Positions 26,419 to 34,716 of a stretch of 57,760 nucleotides of DNA are shown here, piece after piece (within the stretch, counting starts at the first letter, position 1; each line of letters begins with the position of its first letter). The stretch spans positions 1 to 57,760 of the forward strand of contig JBMNOI010000002.1 in the NCBI GenBank assembly GCA_050942995.1, read 5' to 3'. The notes beneath the pieces are model-generated. The model saw only the letters and a program-made list of their open reading frames with translations, searched no databases and was not told the origin of the DNA. This DNA comes from Anaerolineae bacterium (GTDB lineage Bacteria; Chloroflexota; Anaerolineae; UBA1429). A program made the translations under genes and the position numbers.

Positions 26419-27578
26419 ATGATCAATCGAATATGGATGTACTTTCTCATATTTATATCTTTATTCGTATTAATGGGCCTGCTATTTTTCAATATATTTA
26501 CTATTTTGGTATACACAGGAGATGTCGATTTCGACGCATTTATGATCAGTGGCCGTCAGGCATTGGCGGGGAAAAATCCCTATGAAACTGTGTTTCCCGA
26601 TGATGACCTGATTCTTTGTTCGCCCAACTTGAATCCGCCCATATCAGTGCCACTCTTTGTAACACTGGCTACTCTCGATGGCCCCACGCTGCGCTGGTTC
26701 TGAAAGATAGCAAATGCTGCGTTATATGTTCTTATATGCCGGTATTTGCTACGTCGTTACCCCGCGCCGAATCAGGTGGAGCGCGCGCTATGGCTGCTCA
26801 ACGCCGCCGGATTCTGGTATGTACTATTGATGGGCCAACTCAGTGTATTGCTGATGGCAATTATCTCGCTGCGCTGTGGGCGCTGGCCTCACCTCGTCCC
26901 CAGTGGGCCGCCATCCCTGTGGGGATGATGGTGGCAATCAAGCCCAACTTTGCAGTGTGGCCGGCACTCTTGTTTCTGGCCGGCCACCGACGCCTGGCCC
27001 TCGCCAGCGGGGGCATCGTCGCGATACTTTGGGCATTGCCCGCCGTATTGTATGGTCCCGATATCTATATTCAGTGGCTCTCTTTACTGCACACACACGC
27101 ATCGCCAAACACCTGGGCAGGCAATAGCTCTTTGTATGGACTTTTGGGACGACTCGATGCACCCCTTGTGGGTAGAATATTGAGCGTCGCACTTTTGGTC
27201 GCCGTTGCCGTCTGGGCATGGCGCGTGCGCCCCACATTTGTTCGATGCACTGTGGTGGGCATCTCCGCTGCCATGCTGGCCGCTCCAGTAGCATGGCCCG
27301 GCTATACATTGTTACTCTGGCCCCATCTGTTTAGCGAGAAAAGGAGCCGTTCCAGACGGTTAATCATCTCTACATTGTTGGTTGTGCCATTCTCTATTTT
27401 GTCAATCATTCTTCATTATTTACCAAAGCTCCATCTACTTACCGGATCCATTTATATAGTGCCCATTGTCATGCTCATGATAGAGTATCTGGTTGGCCCT
27501 ATGCCTTTGCGCAATCGTCATGGGAAGGACATCCGACATTCCCCTTTTACAGCGCTCACGACGCGCCGTTCCCAATGA
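26419..27578 (+). pseudogene. GT87/DUF2029-like polytopic glycosyltransferase, copy 2, nonsense plus frameshift
   Basis: GGAGG RBS and ATG 26419. In-frame TGA at 26701-26703 with homologous sequence continuing in the same frame. A -1 shift near 26860-26880 leads into the frame of ORF 26616..27578. Paralogous to copy 1 along its length. Confidence 0.55.
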
Positions 27579-27735
27579 GAAACCCCGTAACTTGCACCAA
27601 CTTGATCGAACTTATCGCCGGCACATCTGATTGATAATGCCCTGTTCCATTCCCTTGGGCTGGCGCGGCAGACGTGTTATACTGCCCCAGTGATGACAAC
27701 GGGGTGAACGACGCACCCTATCAGATGGAGGAGAT

Positions 27736-28710
27736 ATGATAGGCGATCAGGATCGGGTTTCACTGGGCTATTTTCCGACACCGATGGATCGACTGGAGCG
27801 CCTGACCAGACATCTGGGCGGGCCGCAGATCCTGATCAAGCGCGATGATATGACCGGCCTGGCGACCGGCGGCAACAAGACGCGCAAGCTCGAATATCTC
27901 ATCGCCGATGCGTTGCGCCTGGGCGCTCATACCGTCATCACCATGGGGGCCCCCCAGTCGAATCATGCCCGCCAGACGGCGGCGGCGGCGGCCCGTTACG
28001 GCTTGGGCTGTGTGCTGGTATTACGCGGTATGGCGCCCTCTGTGACGACGGGCAACCTGCTGTTGGACCGGCTGCTGGGCGCGCGCCTTTGCTGGAGCGG
28101 CGATCGGGACCCGTATACGGTGATGCAGGAGGTGGCCCGTGAGGAGGAGGCGGCGGGGCGCACGCCCTATCTCATCCCTTATGGGGGATCCAACGCCATA
28201 GGGGCGGTGGGCTATGTGAGGGCGATGGACGAGGTGGTGCGGCAGGCGCTGGAACAGGATATCCGCATCGACTATGTGGTGGTGGCCTCCGGCTCTGGGG
28301 GCACGCAGGCCGGAATGGTGGCCGGAGCACGGGCACTAAACTTTCGCGGACGCATCCTGGGGGTCAGTATCGACAAGAGCGCTGATCTATTCGGTGGGTT
28401 GATTCTGGATCTGGCGCGCCTTACGATGGCGCACCTGAATCTGCGACTGGATATCGACCCGCAGACGGTATGCGTCAAAGACGCCTATCTGGGCGAGGGA
28501 TACGGCATCATGAGCGATGCCGAGGTCGAAGCGGTGCGGTTGCTGGCCCGGATAGAGGGGATATTGCTGGATCCGGTATACACCAGCCGCGCCATGGCCG
28601 GATTGCTGGACATGATCGAGCGGGGCGAGATCGGCAAGGGAGAGACGGTGCTCTTTTGGCATACCGGCGGCACACCGGCATTGCACGCCTATGCCGAACG
28701 GCTAGCGTGA
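27736..28710 (+). CDS. PLP-dependent D-cysteine desulfhydrase / ACC deaminase family enzyme
   Basis: Motifs FPTPMDRL, IKRDDMTGLATGGNKTRKLEYL, APQSNHARQTA and WHTGG. Confidence 0.9.
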   Translation: MIGDQDRVSLGYFPTPMDRLERLTRHLGGPQILIKRDDMTGLATGGNKTRKLEYLIADALRLGAHTVITMGAPQSNHARQTAAAAARYGLGCVLVLRGMAPSVTTGNLLLDRLLGARLCWSGDRDPYTVMQEVAREEEAAGRTPYLIPYGGSNAIGAVGYVRAMDEVVRQALEQDIRIDYVVVASGSGGTQAGMVAGARALNFRGRILGVSIDKSADLFGGLILDLARLTMAHLNLRLDIDPQTVCVKDAYLGEGYGIMSDAEVEAVRLLARIEGILLDPVYTSRAMAGLLDMIERGEIGKGETVLFWHTGGTPALHAYAERLA

Positions 28711-30015
28711 CTCGATCGTTCGGCGCGACCTAAGGTGGGGGAGATTCCGCCGGAGAGCGGTGGCGGATCGGGACCTCGTGAGGGTGTCGTACGTGTTCAG
28801 GATGATCCGCCCGGCGGTATCCCACGAGTAGTGAGTGCGAGCACGTTCTCGCAACGCCGCCCCGATTTGTGCCCGGCGCGTGGGGTCCTGGATCAGCTCT
28901 TCCAGAGTGCGGGCCAGATCGGCCGCATCCGCCCGGCGGGCAAAGACGCCCTGTGCGCCCAGATACTCCCGACCGGCATCGGTGTCGTAGCTGACGGTGG
29001 GCAATCCCATCGCCATATAGTTCAGCACCTTGCCCACGCCCTCTGTTCGCGAGAGTTTGGGCGATACGGCAATATCGCCTGCGGCCAGAAACGCGGGCGC
29101 ATCCTCGTAATTTATCCGACCCGCAAAGGTGGCCGCATCGTGCAGGCCCAACTCGCGCGCCATGTTCTGATAATGATCGACGTTGGGATATCCACCGATG
29201 AGCAGGTGGATGTTTTTCTGTCTCGAGTAAAGGCCGGCCACGGCGCGCAGCAGGTGGTCGGTGCCCTGGTATTCGGCCAGCAGGCCGAGATAGACGATGA
29301 CGGTGCGGTCTGACGGGATTCCCCATCTCTGGCGCAGGGCGGCGCGCCGATCGGTGTCGATGACGGGCGCAAACTCGTCGGTGTTTACGCAATCGGGCAT
29401 ATGGGTGATTCGATGCGCCGGCACGCCGAACTCGTCGATCAGCAGGTCAACTGCGTGTGCCGAACTGGTCAGAATGGCGGGCGCCATATGGTCGATGAAC
29501 CGCTCCAGTCGCAACATAAAGCCGTGCCACCGACCGTGCGGCGAGAGAAACTTGTGGTCGATCATCTCGCCGGTCAGGCTGCCCTGAAAGTCGAACACCA
29601 TCGGCACACCCCACAGACGCGACAAAAGGCCCCCGACCAGGGCGCCTTCGTGCAGGTGCGCATGGATGATATCGGGGCGTGATGAGAGCATGGCGCGGAA
29701 CGTGCGCTCGAAAAGCAGCATGTCGAAGGCGGCTTTGTGCCGCGACGAACCGACCTCATAGTTCCCGCGCCAGGGGATGCCAAAGGTACGCCGGATGTCC
29801 AGATCGGGCAGATCGCGGCCTTTGTGATAGGTACAGATGGTCACCTGATTGCCCAATCGTTCGAGCGTGCGTGCTTCCTCAAGAATGCGTACATGACATC
29901 CATAGTCGGCAAAGAAGGAAGTGGGCGCAATCATGAGGATGCGATAGCCCCGACCGGCGTGGTCGGGTGGTTGCCCTTTGAGATTATGCCTGCTGCTCTC
30001 TACGTTGCCGACCAT
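28702..30015 (-). CDS. Glycosyltransferase family 4 (GT-B, Glycos_transf_1)
   Basis: RILMIAPTSFF N-terminal strand. C-terminal E-x7-E-like region (VSPKLSRTEGVGKVLNYMAMGLP). The start is uncertain (30015 or 29934). Confidence 0.85.
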   Translation of the reverse strand: MVGNVESSRHNLKGQPPDHAGRGYRILMIAPTSFFADYGCHVRILEEARTLERLGNQVTICTYHKGRDLPDLDIRRTFGIPWRGNYEVGSSRHKAAFDMLLFERTFRAMLSSRPDIIHAHLHEGALVGGLLSRLWGVPMVFDFQGSLTGEMIDHKFLSPHGRWHGFMLRLERFIDHMAPAILTSSAHAVDLLIDEFGVPAHRITHMPDCVNTDEFAPVIDTDRRAALRQRWGIPSDRTVIVYLGLLAEYQGTDHLLRAVAGLYSRQKNIHLLIGGYPNVDHYQNMARELGLHDAATFAGRINYEDAPAFLAAGDIAVSPKLSRTEGVGKVLNYMAMGLPTVSYDTDAGREYLGAQGVFARRADAADLARTLEELIQDPTRRAQIGAALRERARTHYSWDTAGRIILNTYDTLTRSRSATALRRNLPHLRSRRTIESR

Positions 30016-30712
30016 CCTTGCTTTCCGTCCACATTTTCCAGCGCAAGCGAAACAGCTCGCGGAATGCGCGAGCGATCACGGCCGGATTGGCGCCCGTTTG
30101 ACTACCACGGATGCGCGGATAATGGTTCACCGGTTCCTCGACAATGGTAAAGCCCGCGTGCTTGGCGCGAATAAGGAACTCGGCGCTAAACATGGCTCCG
30201 CCCGATTCAACCTGCACCCTTTCGACCACCTGTCGTTTGAACAGCTTGTAGGCGCAGTCGATATCTCGCGCGGTGTAGCCAAAGAGCAGGTTCACCAACC
30301 AGCTCCAACCATGGCCGAACAGCCGACGAAACCAGGGGTCGCTGCGCGAGTGCCGGTATCCGACCACCATATCGGCCTCGGCGATGCGCGGCAGAAACCG
30401 GCGAATCTCGCTCAGGTCGAACTGTAGATCCGAGTCGGTGAAAAAGATCAGGTCGCGGGTGGCCGCCCACACGCCGTCCCGGACGGCCGCGCCATAGCCC
30501 AGGTTGACGGGGTGCTCGATGAGCCGTACCCGTGGATCCTGGCGGCTGATCTCACGAACAATTTCGCCGGTGTTGTCGCGGCTACCGTCGTTCACCACGA
30601 TAATCTCCAGGTCGTCAACCATGGGGGCGACGATCTGCCGTACACGGTCGATCATCTCGGCTATATTCTCCGCCTCGTTATAGGCGGGCATACTTACCGT
30701 CAGGCTGGTCAC
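29984..30712 (-). CDS. Glycosyltransferase family 2, polyprenol-phosphate sugar (Ppm1/DPM1/ArnC-like) synthase
   Basis: GTG start after AAAGGAGAG. Motifs MPAYNEAENI, IIVVNDGSRDNT, FTDSDLQ and DCAYKLF. Confidence 0.9.
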   Translation of the reverse strand: MTSLTVSMPAYNEAENIAEMIDRVRQIVAPMVDDLEIIVVNDGSRDNTGEIVREISRQDPRVRLIEHPVNLGYGAAVRDGVWAATRDLIFFTDSDLQFDLSEIRRFLPRIAEADMVVGYRHSRSDPWFRRLFGHGWSWLVNLLFGYTARDIDCAYKLFKRQVVERVQVESGGAMFSAEFLIRAKHAGFTIVEEPVNHYPRIRGSQTGANPAVIARAFRELFRLRWKMWTESKDGRQRREQQA

Positions 30713-31004
30713 ACAGTCTCTCCTTTATTCTGTACGAGCCTATGCCGCGTCGTGTGAACGTTGGGACATCATCGGTGTCCGACGCTACAACCACAGTAGG
30801 TTGTAGCCTCACAGCGGCAAATTGTCAAGGGACGTCGCAGCGACGTTCCCCTGAACATCTCTTCTACCCGGTATTCCCATCGTGCACTGTCGACCGTAAA
30901 GCGGGATTAGAGAATGGGTTTGCTTACCGCCCGGCGCTTTTCCCCGGTGGGCCGGTCGGCGCTCCTCGGTTGTGCAGGATGATGGGCGGTAGCACGATGT
31001 CGAG

Positions 31005-31523
31005 TCAGCACCGATCGTCGGCCGCCCTGAGCACGCGGAGTCTATTGACATAAGGGAGCAGGCCGATGGCCTGCTCGGGGGCATCGTGATGGCGCACCAG
31101 CATCACGACCTGTTGTGGGCAACCCGCCTGTTCACACGCCACAGCCCCCAGCTCGGCATGCTTCAGATGGACGTAGAATGAATAGCGCCATGATCGGACG
31201 TCGTCAGAGGCCAGCCGCTTCAACCATGAAGGGTTCAGCGCATTTAGCAGGACGATGGCGACACGATGGGCCAGCGAGATACGTCCCTTGCTCTTGCCCA
31301 CATCGTGGAGCAGGGCGGCCTGTTCCAGATCGATATCTCCCGGGGCATCCTGACGCACCCGCCGCCAGACGCACAGGGCGTGAACCTGATCGCCCATTGG
31401 CATCTGTTCGAACAGTGCCCGCGCTGGGGAGGGCAGCACCTCACATACCGCCTGCCGATCAGCCGGATCGACATACGGTCGCAGGCGCATGATAAACTGG
31501 CGCAATCGATATCGCCACTTCAT
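31005..31523 (-). CDS. HD-domain phosphohydrolase
   Basis: Motifs H..ALCVW and LLHDVGK. Confidence 0.75.
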   Translation of the reverse strand: MKWRYRLRQFIMRLRPYVDPADRQAVCEVLPSPARALFEQMPMGDQVHALCVWRRVRQDAPGDIDLEQAALLHDVGKSKGRISLAHRVAIVLLNALNPSWLKRLASDDVRSWRYSFYVHLKHAELGAVACEQAGCPQQVVMLVRHHDAPEQAIGLLPYVNRLRVLRAADDRC

Positions 31524-31573
31524 GAGTCCTCAATAACGCCTCGTAGAGGGCATATCGCGGTTGTCGGTGTCCG

Positions 31574-32368
31574 CTACAGCCCCAGGATGATTCGGGACAG
31601 CCAGCGCGTCGGCGGCATGATCAACGCGCCGAGCAGGTTCAACCCCAGAAGCTGGGTGATGATGAGGATGCCGATAAAGAGCATGGGGCCCATCGCGGCG
31701 ATCCGTTCGATAAACGTCGAGATGCGCCAGGCCAGCTGGCTGCGGCTAAAGCTCAATGCGCCCAGCAGCACGGCGTGGCCGTCCAGCGGGGGGATGGGCA
31801 GCAGATTAAAGACGGCGATGACGATATTGGTCTGGGCGATGATCCACAGGGCGTCAAAGACAACCAGAACGACGTTGGCCGTAGAGGCGGCCATAGACTC
31901 CATAAGCGGCGGTAACAACGCCACCATGGCGCGTACGATCAACCCCAGCGCCGTGGCGAGAATCAGATTGGATGCCGGTCCGGCCAGCGCCACCAGGGCG
32001 TGCCCCCGACGCGACCCATATCGCAAACGATAAGGGGTCACGGGCACCGGCTTGCCCCAGCCGATTCCCACGCCCGTCAGGGTGGTGATTAACATCATCA
32101 CAGTGCCCATCGGATCGAGGTGCCGCAAAGGATTCAGCGAGACACGACCCAAGAAGCGCGCTGTGGGATCGCCCAGGTAATTAGCCGACCATGCATGTGA
32201 AAACTCGTGCACGGTGATAGCCATCAGCAAACCTAGCAAGACAAACACAAATTGCAGGCCGACCTTTGCTACCAACAGTAAATACGCCACCCCAAGGGTG
32301 GCGATGATGATCCAGAAGATCCGGTCCTGACGGAACCGTGAGGTCAACGAGTTAAGAGAATGGTTCAT
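31574..32368 (-). CDS. Site-2 protease family (M50) membrane metalloprotease
   Basis: HEFSHAW zinc motif, a downstream NLLPIPPLDG motif and multiple TM helices. Confidence 0.85.
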   Translation of the reverse strand: MNHSLNSLTSRFRQDRIFWIIIATLGVAYLLLVAKVGLQFVFVLLGLLMAITVHEFSHAWSANYLGDPTARFLGRVSLNPLRHLDPMGTVMMLITTLTGVGIGWGKPVPVTPYRLRYGSRRGHALVALAGPASNLILATALGLIVRAMVALLPPLMESMAASTANVVLVVFDALWIIAQTNIVIAVFNLLPIPPLDGHAVLLGALSFSRSQLAWRISTFIERIAAMGPMLFIGILIITQLLGLNLLGALIMPPTRWLSRIILGL

Positions 32369-32555
32369 AGTACACCTATTATATCACATTTCGGATAGAG
32401 GGCGAACCGTTGCCAAAGCAGGGCAAATAGAGACCTTTGGAAGGCGATATCGGATCATAATGCAGCCCTGAGCGGGTGGTCGGCCGCCCGCCTGCAGCCT
32501 TGCCCTGCGAGATTCAGATGGTATAATGGAGTGACTCTATCCTACAGGAGATCCG

Positions 32556-33917
32556 ATGTCCTCCGAGAACCAACATCAAGCACCGCACGACGCAGAGGAG
32601 GCTCCTTTTCTACCGCCGCGCATTACCCGGCGCAATATCGCCCTCAGTGCCGCCAATCAATTTTTTGTCGAAGCCGGCATGACATTGTCCGAGGGGACGA
32701 CCGTGCTGCCGTTGCTGGTAAAAGCACTGGGCGGCTCGAACTTTCTCGCCGGATTGCTTCCTTCATTACGCTGGTTTGGCTGGCTGGCGCCCCAATTTCT
32801 GGCCGCCGGTAGAATGCAGCGTCTGACTTATTTTGTCCCTATCGTCCAAAAGCTCGAACTGGTCCGTTGTATCGGTTATCTGTTACTGGGTATTCTGACC
32901 GTGCTCCTGGGGCCGAGTCGGCCGGGCCTCATGCTGGCGATATTTGTCGTGTTGTTCATGCTCACCCGCATTGCGGCGGGGAGCTCGGCGGTGGCGCGGA
33001 CCGAGGTGGTGGCCCGCATTGTTCCGCAAGAAGAGCGCGCCACCGTCATCTCGACCCGGCGTGTCACCGGGGGTGTGGCGGGCCTGTTGGCCGGCTTTGT
33101 CGTGGGCTATGTGCTGAACGAGCGCGTGAGCCAGTTCCCCGTGAACTATGGCTTGTTGCTGGGATTGTCGGGCATCTCCTTTGGCCTGGCAATCGTTGTA
33201 TTCAGCGGGATCGTCGAGCGGCAGCTGCCCATCAAGCCGCGACAGATCGATATGCTTCAGCAGATCCGGCGCACGCCGGCCCTTTTGCGCGCCGATCGCC
33301 GCTACGCCATGTATATCAGCGTGCGCGCGGCGGCATCGGGGCTCAATCTGGCGGCTCCGTTTTATATCCTCTATGCCACCGAGGCGTTGGGCGTGCCCGC
33401 GGCCATGGCCGGCATCTATATCACCCTGCGCACGGCCACTCAGGTGCTCTCGAATATGTTCTGGGGAGGCCAGTGCCGTCGCCGGGGCAGCCTCTGGGTG
33501 TTACAGCTTGCCCTGGCGCTGGGGGTTACTGCGCCCCTCTCAGTGGTCGCCCTGGCTATTGTCGGGCCACATCTCTGGCCAGAGGGCGCGCCCGCTATAC
33601 TGGGATGGGCGTTCTCTCTGGTGTTTCTGATGCAGGGACTCTCGGCCTCGGGCGAGAGCCTGAGCGAGCTAACCTATCTGTACGAGATCGCTCCCGAAGA
33701 GGAACGCCCCACCTACTATGGGCTGATCAACACCGTGCTCGGGCCGCTCTACTTTCTGCCCGCTGTGGCCGGAGCGATGCTCGATCTGGTGGGCTTTATC
33801 CCCATTTTTTCGGCGGCTGCGCTCTTTATCTCCATCGCCTATATCCTGGCCGTCCGCATGAACGCTCACGAACAGAAGCGGGCACATCCCGCCGGCCGGG
33901 CGATTCAAAGCCAATAA
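32556..33917 (+). CDS. MFS transporter
   Basis: About 12 hydrophobic helices and a central loop. No substrate assignment possible. Confidence 0.8.
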   Translation: MSSENQHQAPHDAEEAPFLPPRITRRNIALSAANQFFVEAGMTLSEGTTVLPLLVKALGGSNFLAGLLPSLRWFGWLAPQFLAAGRMQRLTYFVPIVQKLELVRCIGYLLLGILTVLLGPSRPGLMLAIFVVLFMLTRIAAGSSAVARTEVVARIVPQEERATVISTRRVTGGVAGLLAGFVVGYVLNERVSQFPVNYGLLLGLSGISFGLAIVVFSGIVERQLPIKPRQIDMLQQIRRTPALLRADRRYAMYISVRAAASGLNLAAPFYILYATEALGVPAAMAGIYITLRTATQVLSNMFWGGQCRRRGSLWVLQLALALGVTAPLSVVALAIVGPHLWPEGAPAILGWAFSLVFLMQGLSASGESLSELTYLYEIAPEEERPTYYGLINTVLGPLYFLPAVAGAMLDLVGFIPIFSAAALFISIAYILAVRMNAHEQKRAHPAGRAIQSQ

Positions 33918-33932
33918 GCGAGAGGTGTATCT

Positions 33933-33978
33933 ACGGCAGAGAGGGCAGTCCCATTTACAGGACTGCCCTCTCTGCCGT
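33933..33978. terminator. 19-bp perfect-stem hairpin between convergent genes (bidirectional terminator candidate)
   Basis: acggcagagagggcagtcc (33933-33951) pairs with ggactgccctctctgccgt (33960-33978), with an 8-nt loop. No U-tract. Confidence 0.6.
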
Positions 33979-34067
33979 CTGGCCCGTAGGCGATGCGATG
34001 CGACAGTGTTCGGCCAGAGCCCTACCTCATGCCGCTATCGGTAATACGCTCGCTCACAGGACTCGTA

Positions 34068-34505
34068 TCAGTAAAAGCCACTGTATCGGGAAAAGTGAGT
34101 CGAGTAGAACTCACCCACCTTTCCGTCTCCATCCAGGTCGCTCGTCTCGATGGCGGTGGTTTTGCCCTTGGCGATATAGTAGACGATCGGGGCATCGCCT
34201 ATCTTGATAATCACCGGCTTGTTGAACTGGCGCTCGGGGTGAAAATCGGCCTGGATCCCCCCATCGGGTGTTTTGGTGACCTTGAGGATTACCGGACCGC
34301 CCTTGGGCATGGCACCGACCGGAATAGTCACACTGACATCCATAACCTGCAGGGTCACCGGCTCGGTGATGTTTGCAGGAAGGTGAATCATGCCTCGCTC
34401 GTGTTTGGCGCCGGGCGCGGCCGAGGCTGACAGCGGCATAACCAGCGTGGCCAGCATAAGCATGAAACAAAACAGAGCCAGTAGCCATCGTCTACTGCGA
34501 ATCAT
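34068..34505 (-). CDS. Small secreted protein, unknown function
   Basis: AGGAGG lies 6 nt before the ATG. Signal peptide MIRSRRWLLALFCFMLMLATLVMPLSASA/AP. Contains a DLDGDGKVGEF (Ca-binding-like) segment. Confidence 0.6.
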   Translation of the reverse strand: MIRSRRWLLALFCFMLMLATLVMPLSASAAPGAKHERGMIHLPANITEPVTLQVMDVSVTIPVGAMPKGGPVILKVTKTPDGGIQADFHPERQFNKPVIIKIGDAPIVYYIAKGKTTAIETSDLDGDGKVGEFYSTHFSRYSGFY

Positions 34506-34716
34506 CCCCTACCTCCTGATTCTGGGAAAAGCGCTCGCTTCCTGAGCGTCGCCACACTGTACAGAATCTCCCAAGGTCATCATACCAAAGGGGGAGGGGA
34601 TGTACTGTGAAATATACGTCAAAGGGGTACGCGATTGAGGGGATGCGCGAGAAAGATGCATTAAGATGGTGTCAACTCGTGGGCCGATGCTGCATCATAT
34701 GTGCGTTATGCCGGCT

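Noticed and set aside
26701-26703. In-frame TGA in GT87-like copy 2 as selenocysteine or programmed read-through
   Set aside because: - There is no hairpin resembling a bacterial SECIS immediately downstream.
- The gene also carries a frameshift.
- Its tandem paralogue is independently broken.
- Decay is the simpler explanation.
24877-27735. Calling the tRNA-adjacent AT-rich region a mobile element or genomic island feature
   Set aside because: - There is no integrase, excisionase or transposase.
- I found no direct repeat of the tRNA 3-prime end.
- I report it only as a compositional anomaly in the findings.
32867-34207. 446-aa plus-strand ORF overlapping the MFS transporter in another frame
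   Set aside because: - It is Arg/Gly/Pro-rich low-complexity sequence.
- The MFS frame (32556-33917) shows 12 regular hydrophobic helices and ends before the 19-bp hairpin.
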